From: Trueperaceae bacterium
GTDB lineage: Bacteria; Deinococcota; Deinococci; Deinococcales; Trueperaceae
Reading direction: 5' to 3'
DNA length: 64,000 nucleotides
Assembly (NCBI GenBank): GCA_965215565.1
Contig: CBDCDZ010000004.1
Location: 1,952,001 to 2,016,000 of the forward strand
This document shows, piece by piece, positions 18,665 through 28,516 of this stretch (its first letter is position 1; the number at the start of each line of letters is the position of its first letter). The notes under the pieces were generated by a model. That model had not been told where the DNA came from. It ran no database searches and saw only the letters and a list, made by a program, of their open reading frames with translations. Both the position numbers and the translations under genes were made by a program.

Positions 18665-19843
18665 TTACTCCTCGGCGTCACGGTTGGATACGGGCTCGTC
18701 CACCTCGACTTTCATCACCTCGCGCAGCACGTTCGTTGCGAAGGAGCCTTTGGGCAGAAAGAACGACACCCAGTAACCGTCCTCAGTCGGCTCCACCTCG
18801 ACTTCACTGAGCGTAACGCGGGTGATGCGCCTCGAGCCCTTGCGACTCCGAAAGTCCAACCAGCGCAGCCCGAAGTGCGCCAAGACCTCTTCCTCCAACG
18901 CGCCCGCCTCTCCCCCGCTCACGCGCACCTTTTTGCCGTAAAGGGGCTGCGTCGCGCTGATCTCTAACCGCGCCGCCCGCGCGTTCTCCACCTCTTCATC
19001 CTCCACCCTAAAAACGCCGCCCGTGTCGTGCTTCTTCGCCCAGTCGCCCGCTAGCACGCGCCCGTAAAGACCACGCTCGAGTCTCAGTTTGAGTCCGTAG
19101 TTGAAAAGCTGCGACTGCAAGGCGGAAACGAAAAAGCGCTTTAAGCGGTGACCCCCCGGCACCCAGCCACCGCGCACGAGCTTGAGCCCGTCCACCGCGT
19201 TGTTGCCGAAACGTCCGAAGCGCTGCGGTCCGAAGTAGTTGGGGACGCCGCTTTCTTGAAGTCGTTTCAGTGCCCGCCGCGCCCGCTCCGCCGCGTCAGG
19301 CGCAACAGGTGACGCATCCCGCACCCGCACCCGAAAGTGATTGCCGAGCAAGTGACCTATACCGAGCTTGTTCTTGTGGCGCGAGGTCTCTAAAACGCGC
19401 ACACCCGCCACCTCATCTAACGCCTCCAACGCCGCAGCAAAACGGTTCGGCACGCTCAGCCATTGCCGCGTCAGCGCGTGCTTGTCTTTAAGCCCCGCCA
19501 CCCCGATCTGCTTCTCCTCCAAGCCCGCCTGCTGCAAGGCAACTACCAAGTCTCTCGTGGTGAGGCTGCGTTTTTCAACCAAGGCGTAGGCGTGCGAGCC
19601 GTTCCCGTCCGGTAGGTAGAGAGGTCTTTCGGTGACGATGAAGTCTTCGGGGAGGTGGCGGACGCTGCCCCCGGTGCCGGGAACGTCGCGGCTCACTTCG
19701 GGCAGGTCCGCCCAGCGGAAGCGGAGCTTGGCGACCTCTTCGGGCGTGAGACCAGCGCTCCCCTCCCCTATTCCGTCTCGGTTCACTTTGGGTGAATCTG
19801 CAGACGGTCCTACTTCGGCCTCGTCCACCTCAGAAGGAGACAT
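18665..19843 (-). CDS. truD: tRNA pseudouridine(13) synthase
   Basis: PEDFIVTE, AGLKDKHALTRQ, GNHF, PNYFGPQRFG, LPKGSFAT. Confidence 0.95.
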   Translation of the reverse strand: MSPSEVDEAEVGPSADSPKVNRDGIGEGSAGLTPEEVAKLRFRWADLPEVSRDVPGTGGSVRHLPEDFIVTERPLYLPDGNGSHAYALVEKRSLTTRDLVVALQQAGLEEKQIGVAGLKDKHALTRQWLSVPNRFAAALEALDEVAGVRVLETSRHKNKLGIGHLLGNHFRVRVRDASPVAPDAAERARRALKRLQESGVPNYFGPQRFGRFGNNAVDGLKLVRGGWVPGGHRLKRFFVSALQSQLFNYGLKLRLERGLYGRVLAGDWAKKHDTGGVFRVEDEEVENARAARLEISATQPLYGKKVRVSGGEAGALEEEVLAHFGLRWLDFRSRKGSRRITRVTLSEVEVEPTEDGYWVSFFLPKGSFATNVLREVMKVEVDEPVSNRDAEE

Positions 19844-19846
19844 CCC

Positions 19847-20512
19847 CTACACCTTGTCCGCGTCGTGCGCTTCTAAGTGCTCTTGCATGAGCCGCTGCGC
19901 TAACTCGAAGCGCCCCACGAGCGAGTCCACCTCTAAGAGCTGCTGGCGCTCGGGCGAGGGGACGCGCATGTTGGCGCAGATAAAAGAGGCTTGGTACAAG
20001 AGGTCGTCGGGCAGGGCCTCCTCGATCTGCTTCAGAGCGTCGAAGGCGAAAAAGGTCTGCGCGTAGCTGCGGAAGGTGTCGAGCGTGTCCCAGGCGCTCA
20101 CGCGCTCGACGTTGGGGTCGTCGCGTCTGAGCGCTTCGGGCTTGTCCTCACTGTAGTAGAGGTAGCGCGTCGAGCCGTCCGCCTCGGTCACGGCGAGCTG
20201 GTCCGCGAGTTCGATGCGGCAGCGTTCTTGACCGTGCGTCAGGATGTTGTAGCTTCCATCAGGATTCTCAGAAACGGACAAGATGTCGACAAAGGTGCCG
20301 ATGTCGTGAGTCACCGGTAGGATAGCGTCGTCCAGAGAATCCCTCAAAACCGGAACGTTCTCTCTGGCGAGCACGATGACGAGCCGCTGCTGGTTGCTCT
20401 CGACGCAGTCTTTGACCATCCGCTTGTAGCGCTCCTCGAAGATGTAGAGCGGCAGCGTCATTCCGGGAAAGACCACCGTCTCAGGTAGGGGGAAGAGCGG
20501 GAGTTTAGCCAT
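19847..20512 (-). CDS. LON peptidase substrate-binding (N-terminal) domain protein
   Basis: LPLFPL..VVFPGMTLPLYIFEERY; no protease domain. Confidence 0.88.
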   Translation of the reverse strand: MAKLPLFPLPETVVFPGMTLPLYIFEERYKRMVKDCVESNQQRLVIVLARENVPVLRDSLDDAILPVTHDIGTFVDILSVSENPDGSYNILTHGQERCRIELADQLAVTEADGSTRYLYYSEDKPEALRRDDPNVERVSAWDTLDTFRSYAQTFFAFDALKQIEEALPDDLLYQASFICANMRVPSPERQQLLEVDSLVGRFELAQRLMQEHLEAHDADKV

Positions 20513-20709
20513 GTATTTACGGTAGCAAGAAGTCTCAGAAAAGAGTGCAAGGTATGCGGTATTTAAGGAGAGGTTACAGTTCAATAGGAAAAGTAAAGCC
20601 TCTGGAAGGGCGTTCCCGGTCTAAAAAAGGTAAACTCGAGCCGAGGCAGCGAGGGGTGGGGCGAGACCTGGGGCCACCACAATCCTCATCGCAAAGATGT
20701 TCAGATAAA

Positions 20710-20737
20710 AGCGGCTTCATCCGAAGATAAAGCCGCT
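20710..20737 (-). terminator. Terminator downstream of tRNA-Asp
   Basis: AGCGGCTT...AAGCCGCT hairpin followed by TTTT on the minus strand. Confidence 0.65.
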
Positions 20738-20742
20738 CAACT

Positions 20743-20818
20743 TGGCGGAGCCGACGGGATTTGAACCCGCGACCTTCTGCGTGACAGGCAGATATGCTAA
20801 CCGCTACACTACGGCTCC
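20743..20818 (-). tRNA. tRNA-Asp (GTC)
   Basis: GGAGCCGTAGTGTAGCGGTTAGCATATCTGCCTGTCACGCAGAAGGTCGCGGGTTCAAATCCCGTCGGCTCCGCCA; cloverleaf, GTC anticodon, encoded CCA. Confidence 0.97.
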
Positions 20819-20835
20819 ACGCTCTGCAAGACATC

Positions 20836-20865
20836 AGTATAGAGGGTGTGAGCGAGGCTTGTCAA
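20836..20865 (-). promoter_or_regulatory. Sigma70-type promoter of tRNA-Asp
   Basis: TTGACA-18 nt-TATACT on the minus strand. Confidence 0.7.
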
Positions 20866-21039
20866 TACAGCGCCGAATAGGTGGAGACGCGCTGGGTAAC
20901 GTCACGGCGGATTGGAGGTCTTCACAGTTTTGAGGTATCAGCCGAGCAGGTGTTGCATTGAGGACGCGGTTCGCTTCTTAGGGGACGGGGCGCGGGTGAC
21001 GATTCAGGAACAGTTCTTTATAGTGAATATTTTGTTCAA

Positions 21040-21076
21040 GAAGTCGAATCTCTGAGTGCCTAAGAGGTTCGACTTC
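21040..21076 (-). terminator. Hairpin terminator after the AIPR gene
   Basis: GAAGTCGAA(T/C)CTCT inverted repeat. Confidence 0.6.
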
Positions 21077-21106
21077 AATTGGAACTTTGTTACAGTTATA
21101 TTGAGC

Positions 21107-22285
21107 CTAATTTGGTTTCAGTAGAAGCTCGAGAGCAACGGTTTTGTATAAATTCTGCCAATGCGTATCATCCTTGCCTATTGCATTGGGATTTCTATCC
21201 CTAGAGTCACTAGTACTCTTGGTAGCCATAATGAGTTCAGCGCCAACTCTATCGAAAAATGCTTTAACTTCATCGAATGAGTTGAGCTTCCACGCAAAGT
21301 ATTCATCCTTGTCCTCAACAAGAAAGCGAAAGGCACCTAATATTGGATACAATGCGCCATCAGCAATGCGGTGACTTGCTTCTTCTTCGGTAAAGATGTA
21401 TCGATATTGACCTCTTTGCCGTGTTTGGAAGAAAGCTAATTTCAACGCTTTGCCGCCGTATTTCTTATTGTAAAGATCATTCGCTTTAAGCTGTACATAA
21501 TCATAGAGTTCCAAGATATCTCGGAGTATTGGTCTCAACTTCCTGTAACTTCTTTCATTGTCTTCATCTTCAAACTTACGTAGGCACTCTGCCTTACTTG
21601 TGTAAGCGATCTTAGGATGCCGTGAATCCGTTTCAGGAAAGAGTTCAATATTGAAAAGGGTAAGCAGTGCAATAATGTCTCGCACTGTGAAGCTTCCCGG
21701 AGCATTGTCTTTATAGGCAATTTCCTCACGGTAAGGAGTATGCGCCAACTCATCCTTAATCCAAGCAAATTTGTTACTTAGGTTATCTAACGACATCGGC
21801 GAAACCTGCACAGAGGTATTCAGTCCTTGAGCAATTGACTCAACTAAAAACTGAGGTGCACCAGTTAGCACCTCGAGTTTCACATATTGACCTTTAGGTA
21901 TTTCATCTCTATTTTCTTTAATGATGGTGTAAGTGTGACCACCATCAACTATTCCATCTCCGTCGCCAAAAGTTATAGTAACGGCCGATTTATTTGCATC
22001 AGGCTTGACCTTCTGAGCAAGAATGGTAATTCCCTTATTTTTTAGGTGAAAGGTTAAGTCGCTGCTGTCAATCAGACTTTTTCGAACTTCTTTATATAAC
22101 GTCTTGTTAGTCTTTTGGTCTCGAGGATTTGGATCGAGAGGAATATCGTCAGTAAGACTGCTAGCATCACAAATCAGGACATGATGCTCAATTTCGGACC
22201 TATCGTTATTGGCCCTGCTATCGCTTTTGTAGGGGTCTGGAAATCTACGGGCAGAAAAAGTGCGAACAGAAACTTCTTTCATCAT
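21107..22285 (-). CDS. AIPR-family (abortive infection phage resistance, ParB/DGQ-like) protein
   Basis: NPRD...FHLKNKGITI...GIVDGGHT...LNTSVQV motifs; clearly lower GC than flanks. Confidence 0.8.
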   Translation of the reverse strand: MMKEVSVRTFSARRFPDPYKSDSRANNDRSEIEHHVLICDASSLTDDIPLDPNPRDQKTNKTLYKEVRKSLIDSSDLTFHLKNKGITILAQKVKPDANKSAVTITFGDGDGIVDGGHTYTIIKENRDEIPKGQYVKLEVLTGAPQFLVESIAQGLNTSVQVSPMSLDNLSNKFAWIKDELAHTPYREEIAYKDNAPGSFTVRDIIALLTLFNIELFPETDSRHPKIAYTSKAECLRKFEDEDNERSYRKLRPILRDILELYDYVQLKANDLYNKKYGGKALKLAFFQTRQRGQYRYIFTEEEASHRIADGALYPILGAFRFLVEDKDEYFAWKLNSFDEVKAFFDRVGAELIMATKSTSDSRDRNPNAIGKDDTHWQNLYKTVALELLLKPN

Positions 22286-22456
22286 TTTCTCTTTCTCTCT
22301 TTCAGTATCCACTGAAGAGTTAAGATGTAAGCGAATCCTCGCGCCAGCTATGAGCATATGTGATTTGTGAGCAAAAGTCAAATCTGATGAGAAGTTAAGC
22401 TCAGCACCTTTCGGATCAAACAGCTTCTCACGGCTCTGCGCTATGATGAAGCTACT

Positions 22457-22687
22457 ATGGAACCTGTAGAAGTCACCCTGCCCACGGAGCTTAAAGCTCG
22501 AGCCGAAATCTTAGCTCGAGAAGAGGGTGTTTCGTTAAATGAACTAATTCGCCAGTCTCTACGAGCCAAAGTCGAAAGTGCGCCAGATGTAAAGCGAGAC
22601 CCTTTTTTTGACGATCACGAAACCTTCGCTGGAGATGTGCCCGCTGACCTCGCTGCAAACCACGATAAGTATCTCTACGACGAGTGA
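22457..22687 (+). CDS. vapB: Ribbon-helix-helix antitoxin (VapB/CopG-like)
   Basis: LPTELK...AREEGVSLNELIR and DLAANHDKYLY; GTGA overlap with the PIN gene. Confidence 0.85.
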   Translation: MEPVEVTLPTELKARAEILAREEGVSLNELIRQSLRAKVESAPDVKRDPFFDDHETFAGDVPADLAANHDKYLYDE

Positions 22688-23088
22688 TTTTTGTAGATAC
22701 AGGCGCTCTTTTAGCGCGTTACCTAGAGCGTGACCAGCACTACGAAGAAGCTATACATGTGTGGCAACAGCTAGCACAAAAAAGGCTGAGATTTTTTACC
22801 AGCAACTTCGTCTTGGATGAAACGCTCACACTGTTAGCTCGCCGCTCGAGCTACGCTTTCGCGGCCGCGAAAGCAAAAACTATTTATGCGTCTAACGCTT
22901 TTACTATTCTGCGCCCTTCTGCCGAAGATGAGCTAATCAGTTTAGACCTATTCGAAAAGTACGCCGATCAGAAGATAAGTTTTACAGACTGCACTTCCTT
23001 TACGCTTATGCGCAACGTCGGACTTAAACAGGTGTTCACCTTTGACAAACACTTTCACTACGCAGGATTTGAGGTCGTCTCTTCGTGA
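22684..23088 (+). CDS. vapC: PIN-domain toxin VapC
   Basis: IFVDT...VLDETL...SFTDCTSF...FTFDKHF. Confidence 0.92.
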   Translation: MIFVDTGALLARYLERDQHYEEAIHVWQQLAQKRLRFFTSNFVLDETLTLLARRSSYAFAAAKAKTIYASNAFTILRPSAEDELISLDLFEKYADQKISFTDCTSFTLMRNVGLKQVFTFDKHFHYAGFEVVSS

Positions 23089-24434
23089 CGCGCGTCGCAG
23101 TCGTCGGCGGCGGCATCTCCGGGCTCACAGCGGCCTACTACCTCTCTAAACGTCCCGGCTTAGAGATCACCGTGCTCGAGCAATCCCCCCAACTAGGCGG
23201 CAAACTAGGCGTCAGCACCCCGCAGGGCTACACCGTGGACTGGGCGGCGAACGGCTTTTTGACGAACGTCACGGAGACTCTGGAGTTGGCTCGAGACTTA
23301 GGTTTAGAGGACGAGTTAGAGCCTGCCGCAGGCGCGGCGAAGTACCGCTTCCTCTACAAGGATGGCGAACTCAAACCGCTCCCTCTTTCGCTGCCAACCT
23401 TTTTCAAGTCCGACCTCTTGACGCCCATCGGCAAGGTGAGGGCGGCGTTGGAGCCCCTCTTAGGCAGACACGCCGAAACTGAGGAGAGCGTTTACGACTT
23501 CTTGAAGCGGCATTTCGGAAGGCAGTTCGCTGAGGTCTTTGCGGAGCCGTTTACGCTGGGAATCACTTCGGGTGACGCGAGGGAACTCAGCTTGGACGCA
23601 CTCTTTCCGCGTTTCAAAGCTCTGGAGCAGGAGCACGGCAGCTTGATTCGCGGGATGATGGCGGCGCAGAGGAGGGCGAAAAACGAGGGTAAGCCTAAAA
23701 GCCGCTTGACGAGCTTTCGCTCGGGCGGCGTCAACCGGCTCATCCGCGCGTTAGGTGACGCACTCGGTCAACGGGTGCGGCTCGGGGTGGGCGTGGAGAG
23801 GCTCGAGCCTCTCCACGAAGGGTACAGGCTCACCCTCTCTTCCGGTGAACCGCTGATGGCTGACGCGGTTGTTTTGGCGACGCCCGCGTACGTCACGGCG
23901 GGGTTGCTCGAGTTCATCCCTGAAGCGGCGAGCGAGCTAGGCAGGATTCCCTACGCCGACGTGCAGGTCTTCGGACTCGGCTATAACCGAGCGGACGTAC
24001 CGAACGCGCTAGAGGGTTTCGGCTTTCTCGCGCCGAGAGGTGAAGGGCTACGCGCCTTGGGCGTGCTCTACGGCTCATCCATCTTTCCGGGTCAAGCGCC
24101 CCAAGGAAGGGTCTTGCTGCGCGTGATCGCGGGCGGGAGCGTGGACCCTGAATTTTCGGAGTTGTCAGAAGGGGACATGCTTAGGGGCGTCAAACGAGAT
24201 TTAGAGGTCAGCTTGGGTATCTTCGCTGAGCCGGAGATGGTCACGCACATCCCTTGGGCGAAAGGTATCCCGCAGTACGAACTCGGTCACGGGGTCCGGG
24301 TGAAAACCATCATGCAAGAGGTGAGGTCGCAGCCGGGGCTATACCTCACAGGCAACGCCTATTACGGCGTCGGCGTGAACGACTGCGTGCGGGACGCGAA
24401 GCGGGTGGCGGCTGAGGTGTTGGGCTCGAGCTAG
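23085..24434 (+). CDS. hemY: Protoporphyrinogen/coproporphyrinogen oxidase, HemY type
   Basis: GGGISGL FAD motif, GFGFL, IPQY, GNAYYGVGVNDCV. Confidence 0.92.
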   Translation: MTRVAVVGGGISGLTAAYYLSKRPGLEITVLEQSPQLGGKLGVSTPQGYTVDWAANGFLTNVTETLELARDLGLEDELEPAAGAAKYRFLYKDGELKPLPLSLPTFFKSDLLTPIGKVRAALEPLLGRHAETEESVYDFLKRHFGRQFAEVFAEPFTLGITSGDARELSLDALFPRFKALEQEHGSLIRGMMAAQRRAKNEGKPKSRLTSFRSGGVNRLIRALGDALGQRVRLGVGVERLEPLHEGYRLTLSSGEPLMADAVVLATPAYVTAGLLEFIPEAASELGRIPYADVQVFGLGYNRADVPNALEGFGFLAPRGEGLRALGVLYGSSIFPGQAPQGRVLLRVIAGGSVDPEFSELSEGDMLRGVKRDLEVSLGIFAEPEMVTHIPWAKGIPQYELGHGVRVKTIMQEVRSQPGLYLTGNAYYGVGVNDCVRDAKRVAAEVLGSS

Positions 24435-25219
24435 AGATTGCTCGAGAGAAATCCCAAAAGCTGCCGCCACGCGCGCCCTTGCGCGCCGCCTGCGCGGATG
24501 GGGTCAGAGGCGTTCACAAAGGCGTGACCGACGTTTTCGTAAACCGTGACCTCGTGCGGCACGCTCGCCTCCGCTAGCGCCGCCTCGAACGCGCGCACGC
24601 TCTCCACCGAAATCATGCCGTCTTCCGCGCCGAACACGCCCAAGACAGGTCCGGGCAGGGTGCGCAGCCGGGAGACGTCCGTCACTCTGTCGCCGTAGAA
24701 GTCGCCCGTCGCCGCGATGTCGGGGTTGTGAAAGCTGTACTCGAGCGCCACCCCGCCGCCGTAGCAAAAGCCGACGATGCCGACTCGTTCGGGAGCGACG
24801 CCAGGCTGCTCGGTCAGCCAAGTGTAGACGGCGTCCACGTCGGTATTGATCTGCTCCTGCGGCGTACGTACGGTTTGGTAGATCGCGGTGGGAATCCAGG
24901 TGGTGCTGCGCCCCCTAAAGGTGTCGGGCGCGACGACGACGTAGCCCTCTTGCGCCAGCGTTTCGGCTTTGCCCGTAATGTCCTCACGCAGCCCCCAAAA
25001 CTCGTGAACCATGATGACCGCGGGGAAGGGTCCTTCCCCTTCGGGGCGGGCGACGAAGGCGGCGATGTCGGGACCGTTGGGGTTGGAGATTTGCACGTTC
25101 GTGATCGCTTCTAGGTCGCCGCTCACCCACCAGCCCAAAGGGATGGAGAGGGCGACGCCGCCGACCAGGGCGACAACAGCGACGAGGAGACCCACAATGA
25201 TTCGTTTGAGTAACTTCAT
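24431..25219 (-). CDS. Dienelactone hydrolase family protein (N-terminal anchor)
   Basis: HEFWGL, GFCYGG, GHAF. Confidence 0.9.
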   Translation of the reverse strand: MKLLKRIIVGLLVAVVALVGGVALSIPLGWWVSGDLEAITNVQISNPNGPDIAAFVARPEGEGPFPAVIMVHEFWGLREDITGKAETLAQEGYVVVAPDTFRGRSTTWIPTAIYQTVRTPQEQINTDVDAVYTWLTEQPGVAPERVGIVGFCYGGGVALEYSFHNPDIAATGDFYGDRVTDVSRLRTLPGPVLGVFGAEDGMISVESVRAFEAALAEASVPHEVTVYENVGHAFVNASDPIRAGGAQGRAWRQLLGFLSSNL

Positions 25220-25276
25220 AATCCTGATTATAGCGGTTGCAACTATGCTGAGTTTGAGCCACGTAAAGTACTACCG

Positions 25277-25339
25277 TCTGACGTGTGTTCAGAGAAGCTC
25301 GAGCACCTTAGAGCGCTTATGACCAGATGCTAGCTGCTA
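25277..25339 (+). repeat. Dispersed MITE-like repeat, partial copy 3
   Basis: AGAGCGCTTATGACCAGATGCTAGCTGCTA. Confidence 0.7.
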
Positions 25340-25359
25340 CATAACGGTAGACTAACAAG

Positions 25360-25941
25360 ATGACAGGATATAGCGGGGTGGTCTTGGCGGGGGGGCTCTC
25401 GAGCCGCTTCGCCAGCAAGCGCAAGCCCGAGGACAAAGCTCGCTTCGTCTACCGGGACAAGCCTCTCGCGCAGTGGGCTTTGGAGAGCCTGGCGGGTGCC
25501 GGTGAGCGCTTTATCGTCGCCAACCGCGACTATCCCGAGTTCGGCGTGCCCGTCTACGCTGACCTCTTGCCCGGCGGCGGAAGTTTGAGCGGACTGCACG
25601 CCGCGCTGCACTTCGCTAAAGCGGACTGGGTAGCGCTCGCTGCGTGCGACATGCCCTTCCTGACCCCGGCGTACTGGGCACTCCTCTTGCAGCGCCGCCC
25701 CGAACATTCTAGCGCCGCACCCGTCGTTATCGGTAAGGGACCGAGCAATTCGTTCCAGCCCCTCGCAGCGCTCTACCACCGCTCGCTCCTGGAAAAAGTC
25801 GCGCACAACATACAGGCTGAGCGCCTGAGCCTACACCGCTTAGCGAGGGAAGAGGGCGCGGTCACGGTCCCTTGGCGAGAGCTGAGTCCTCTCGGCAAGG
25901 ACCTCTTCTTGAACGCAAACCGAAAAGACGATCTGCCCTGA
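25360..25941 (+). CDS. mobA: Molybdenum cofactor guanylyltransferase
   Basis: LAGGLSSRF...DKA, ACDMPF, QPLAALY, FLNAN. Confidence 0.92.
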   Translation: MTGYSGVVLAGGLSSRFASKRKPEDKARFVYRDKPLAQWALESLAGAGERFIVANRDYPEFGVPVYADLLPGGGSLSGLHAALHFAKADWVALAACDMPFLTPAYWALLLQRRPEHSSAAPVVIGKGPSNSFQPLAALYHRSLLEKVAHNIQAERLSLHRLAREEGAVTVPWRELSPLGKDLFLNANRKDDLP

Positions 25942-25943
25942 GT

Positions 25944-27131
25944 TCACTCTCGGCAGAAGAGTAGCGCCGTCGTGATGCCCAGCACGAGCATCGTGCAGGT
26001 GAGCGCTAAAACCCCGGCCCACCCGAAGCTCGGTAGGAGCAGCCCCGGCAAGAACGCACCTAGACTGCCGCCGATGTAGTACGTGAAGAGGTAGAGCGAG
26101 TTCGCGCCGCCCCTGTCGTGGTCTGCTTGCGTCGCGACAAACGAGGTGGCGGTGCTCTGCGTGGCGAAGTTGCCGAAGCAGAGTATTAGCAGCGCTGCGA
26201 CGAGGAAAGGCGTATTAGGTACGAGCGTCGCGAAGTTTGCGGCGAGCGCGACGAGCATCCCGAGCGCCATCACGAGGCGTCTGCTGAGGCGCTGGGTGAG
26301 CAGCCCCGAGAGCGGCGAAGAGAGCAACCCCGCCGCGTAGACGAGGTAGATGAGGCCTGTCGCTGAGGGCGAGAAGTTAAAGGGCGGCGCTTCCACGTAA
26401 AATGGCAAGTACGTAAAAATCGCGATGAACGCGAAGAAGAGACAAAACCCCACGCCTAAACCGCCGAGGATCGGGCGGTTGGAGAGGTGGGAGAGGAGTC
26501 CCTTAAACGCCTGCGTGAATTTGGGCGCAGCGTGAAAGTGCGTAGACGGCTGGAGCCTAAGTAACAGCAACCCCACGAGCAGCGCCACCCCCGCGCTGAG
26601 AACGAACATCCAGCGCCAGCCGAAGAGGTCCGTAACGAAACCGCTCAGCACGCGGCTCACGAGCCCGCCGAAGACCGTCGCGCCGATATAGCCGCCGATG
26701 AGCGCCGACGAGCGCCCGCGCTCGAACTCCTCGGTGAGATACGTGACCGTCACCGCCGTGATGCCGGGGACGAGGCAGCCCTGCAAAAAGCGCCATACGA
26801 GGAGCACGCCCAGGTTCGGCGCGAAGGCGCACAGGAGGGAGGGAACGCTCAAGAGGAGCGTGCAGCCCACCAGCATCGGCTTGCGCCCGACGCGGTCCGA
26901 GAGCGGCCCCGTCACGAGCGACGCGCCCGCAATGCCAAAGATCAGCAAGCTCACCGTCAAACTCACGGCGCTGGGGCTCGCCGAGAGGTCGCGAGCGATG
27001 ACGGGCAAGACCGCCTGCGGCGTGTACATGGCGATAAACGCCGCGACAACGGCGGCGTAGAGGAGCAGGGTGTCGAGCCAGCTCGAGGACTGCTTAAACT
27101 TCGGCTCTGAAGACAGAGACGGCTGGGGCAT
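25944..27131 (-). CDS. MFS transporter (YnfM-like)
   Basis: GPLSDRVGRK motif A, about 12 TMs, ANSLYLFTYYIGGSLG. Confidence 0.9.
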   Translation of the reverse strand: MPQPSLSSEPKFKQSSSWLDTLLLYAAVVAAFIAMYTPQAVLPVIARDLSASPSAVSLTVSLLIFGIAGASLVTGPLSDRVGRKPMLVGCTLLLSVPSLLCAFAPNLGVLLVWRFLQGCLVPGITAVTVTYLTEEFERGRSSALIGGYIGATVFGGLVSRVLSGFVTDLFGWRWMFVLSAGVALLVGLLLLRLQPSTHFHAAPKFTQAFKGLLSHLSNRPILGGLGVGFCLFFAFIAIFTYLPFYVEAPPFNFSPSATGLIYLVYAAGLLSSPLSGLLTQRLSRRLVMALGMLVALAANFATLVPNTPFLVAALLILCFGNFATQSTATSFVATQADHDRGGANSLYLFTYYIGGSLGAFLPGLLLPSFGWAGVLALTCTMLVLGITTALLFCRE

Positions 27132-27140
27132 AGGCGAATA

Positions 27141-27325
27141 TAGCAGGTCTAGCGGCTAGCGGGAGCGCACCACGCGCGACAGCGGGACCACGCGACTTCA
27201 TCTGGTCATAGACACTCACACTTTATAAAATGATGTTTCGCTTCGCGAAAACTGCGTAACTACCACGCACATTCAGTGATGCCACCCTTCGCAGAACGAA
27301 AACTACATGAGCGACACTCTGTCTC
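27141..27325 (-). repeat. Dispersed MITE-like repeat, long copy 4
   Basis: Reverse complement reads ...GTGTGAGTGTCTATGACCAGATGAAGTCGCGTGG...GCTCCCGCTAG...ACCTGCTA. Confidence 0.7.
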
Positions 27326-27405
27326 AGGATGTTGCGGAACCGCTAAATGAAAGCAATGAGCAATGAGTGGAAGACAAAAACTCATTGCTCGTTGCTCGTT
27401 GCTCT

Positions 27406-28353
27406 CTACGCAACGTCCTGCCGCGTGAAGCTCCACACCAAAATGCCAGCGAAGATAAGCGCGTAGACCGCCATCACCACCGCTGAGCGCGTGAGGTCCA
27501 CCGTCAAGAAGTCAGCCAGCGGCCCGCCGATATCGCCTATCGCGTCCTGTCCGAACACCTCAGCGAACTCGCTTAGGGGCTGCATGGAGGGCGCGTAGAG
27601 GTTCGTCGAGAAGAAGTAGCGGGGCAAGTCTCGGATGGTGTTTTGAATCTGCAACGCCTCTAGCGCCGCGTTGAAGCGGTTGATGCGGTCGAAGCCGACG
27701 ACGACGCTGTAAAAGCTATATGCCCCCTCTAAAAGCGCGGGCAAAAAGAAGATGCTGACGATGCCAAGAGGCAAGTTGCGCAGCAGCCAGATCATCAAAA
27801 AGGCGAAGAGCATCGCCGTGAGCCCGAAGACCCACTGCAGTGCGTAGAGCCCGGCGAGCCCCAACCAGTCCGCCCCGAACGAGGTCGGTAAAAAGAGCAT
27901 CCCGACGCCCCCGAAGAGCAGCCCGCTGAGGTAGCTGCCGAGCAGGAGCACGCCGAAGACGATCATCGCGGCGACGAGTTTGCCTGTGAGCACAGTTAAG
28001 CGGCTCGGCTGCGCGGTCAAGACCGTCTTCCACATGTTCTGCGAGCGCTCCTCACCGATGAAGAGGGCGGCCAGAAGGGCGATCACGATGATGAGCAAGC
28101 TCGGCGAGAGGAGCCCCAAGAGTAAGAGGTTGTTGCGGGTGATGGCGACGGGCGAGGCGACGAGTTGGACGATCTCGCGGACGCTCACCGCTTCGTCAGC
28201 GAACGAGCCCGCCACCCGGCTCTGCAAAATCCAGCCGATGAGGAGCAGCAGCGCGGGCACCAAGAGCCACATGAGCCCCACCATGAGGTACGTGCGGCGT
28301 TTGCGCACCGCTTTGAAGAGTTCGGCGCGGATGACGTTGGTTAGGCCGTTCAT
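27406..28353 (-). CDS. ABC-2 type transporter permease
   Basis: IRAELFK, EERSQNMWKTVLT...SRLTVLTGK, FTRQDV C-terminus. Confidence 0.88.
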   Translation of the reverse strand: MNGLTNVIRAELFKAVRKRRTYLMVGLMWLLVPALLLLIGWILQSRVAGSFADEAVSVREIVQLVASPVAITRNNLLLLGLLSPSLLIIVIALLAALFIGEERSQNMWKTVLTAQPSRLTVLTGKLVAAMIVFGVLLLGSYLSGLLFGGVGMLFLPTSFGADWLGLAGLYALQWVFGLTAMLFAFLMIWLLRNLPLGIVSIFFLPALLEGAYSFYSVVVGFDRINRFNAALEALQIQNTIRDLPRYFFSTNLYAPSMQPLSEFAEVFGQDAIGDIGGPLADFLTVDLTRSAVVMAVYALIFAGILVWSFTRQDVA

Positions 28354-28516
28354 AGGGGTCCCTTCGGGACAGAATGGAGAATGGAGAAGGAAGAATAGAG
28401 AAGAGGTCTCCAACCTTGGGCGCTATGAGACCGGGATACTGTGTTCTGTATTCTCAATTCTATATTACTAAGACGCTGCCGTAACAATGGAATCCGTGAA
28501 AACTCAACGCTAACCC

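Noticed and set aside
20574..20705. Possible ncRNA or riboswitch between tRNA-Asp and the LON-domain gene
   Set aside because: GC-rich, but I could not recognise any conserved RNA motif; it needs an Rfam search.
20743..23088. tRNA-integrated genomic island or prophage
   Set aside because: No integrase, no duplicated tRNA 3' end seen, and the accessory genes lie on the 5' side of the tRNA.
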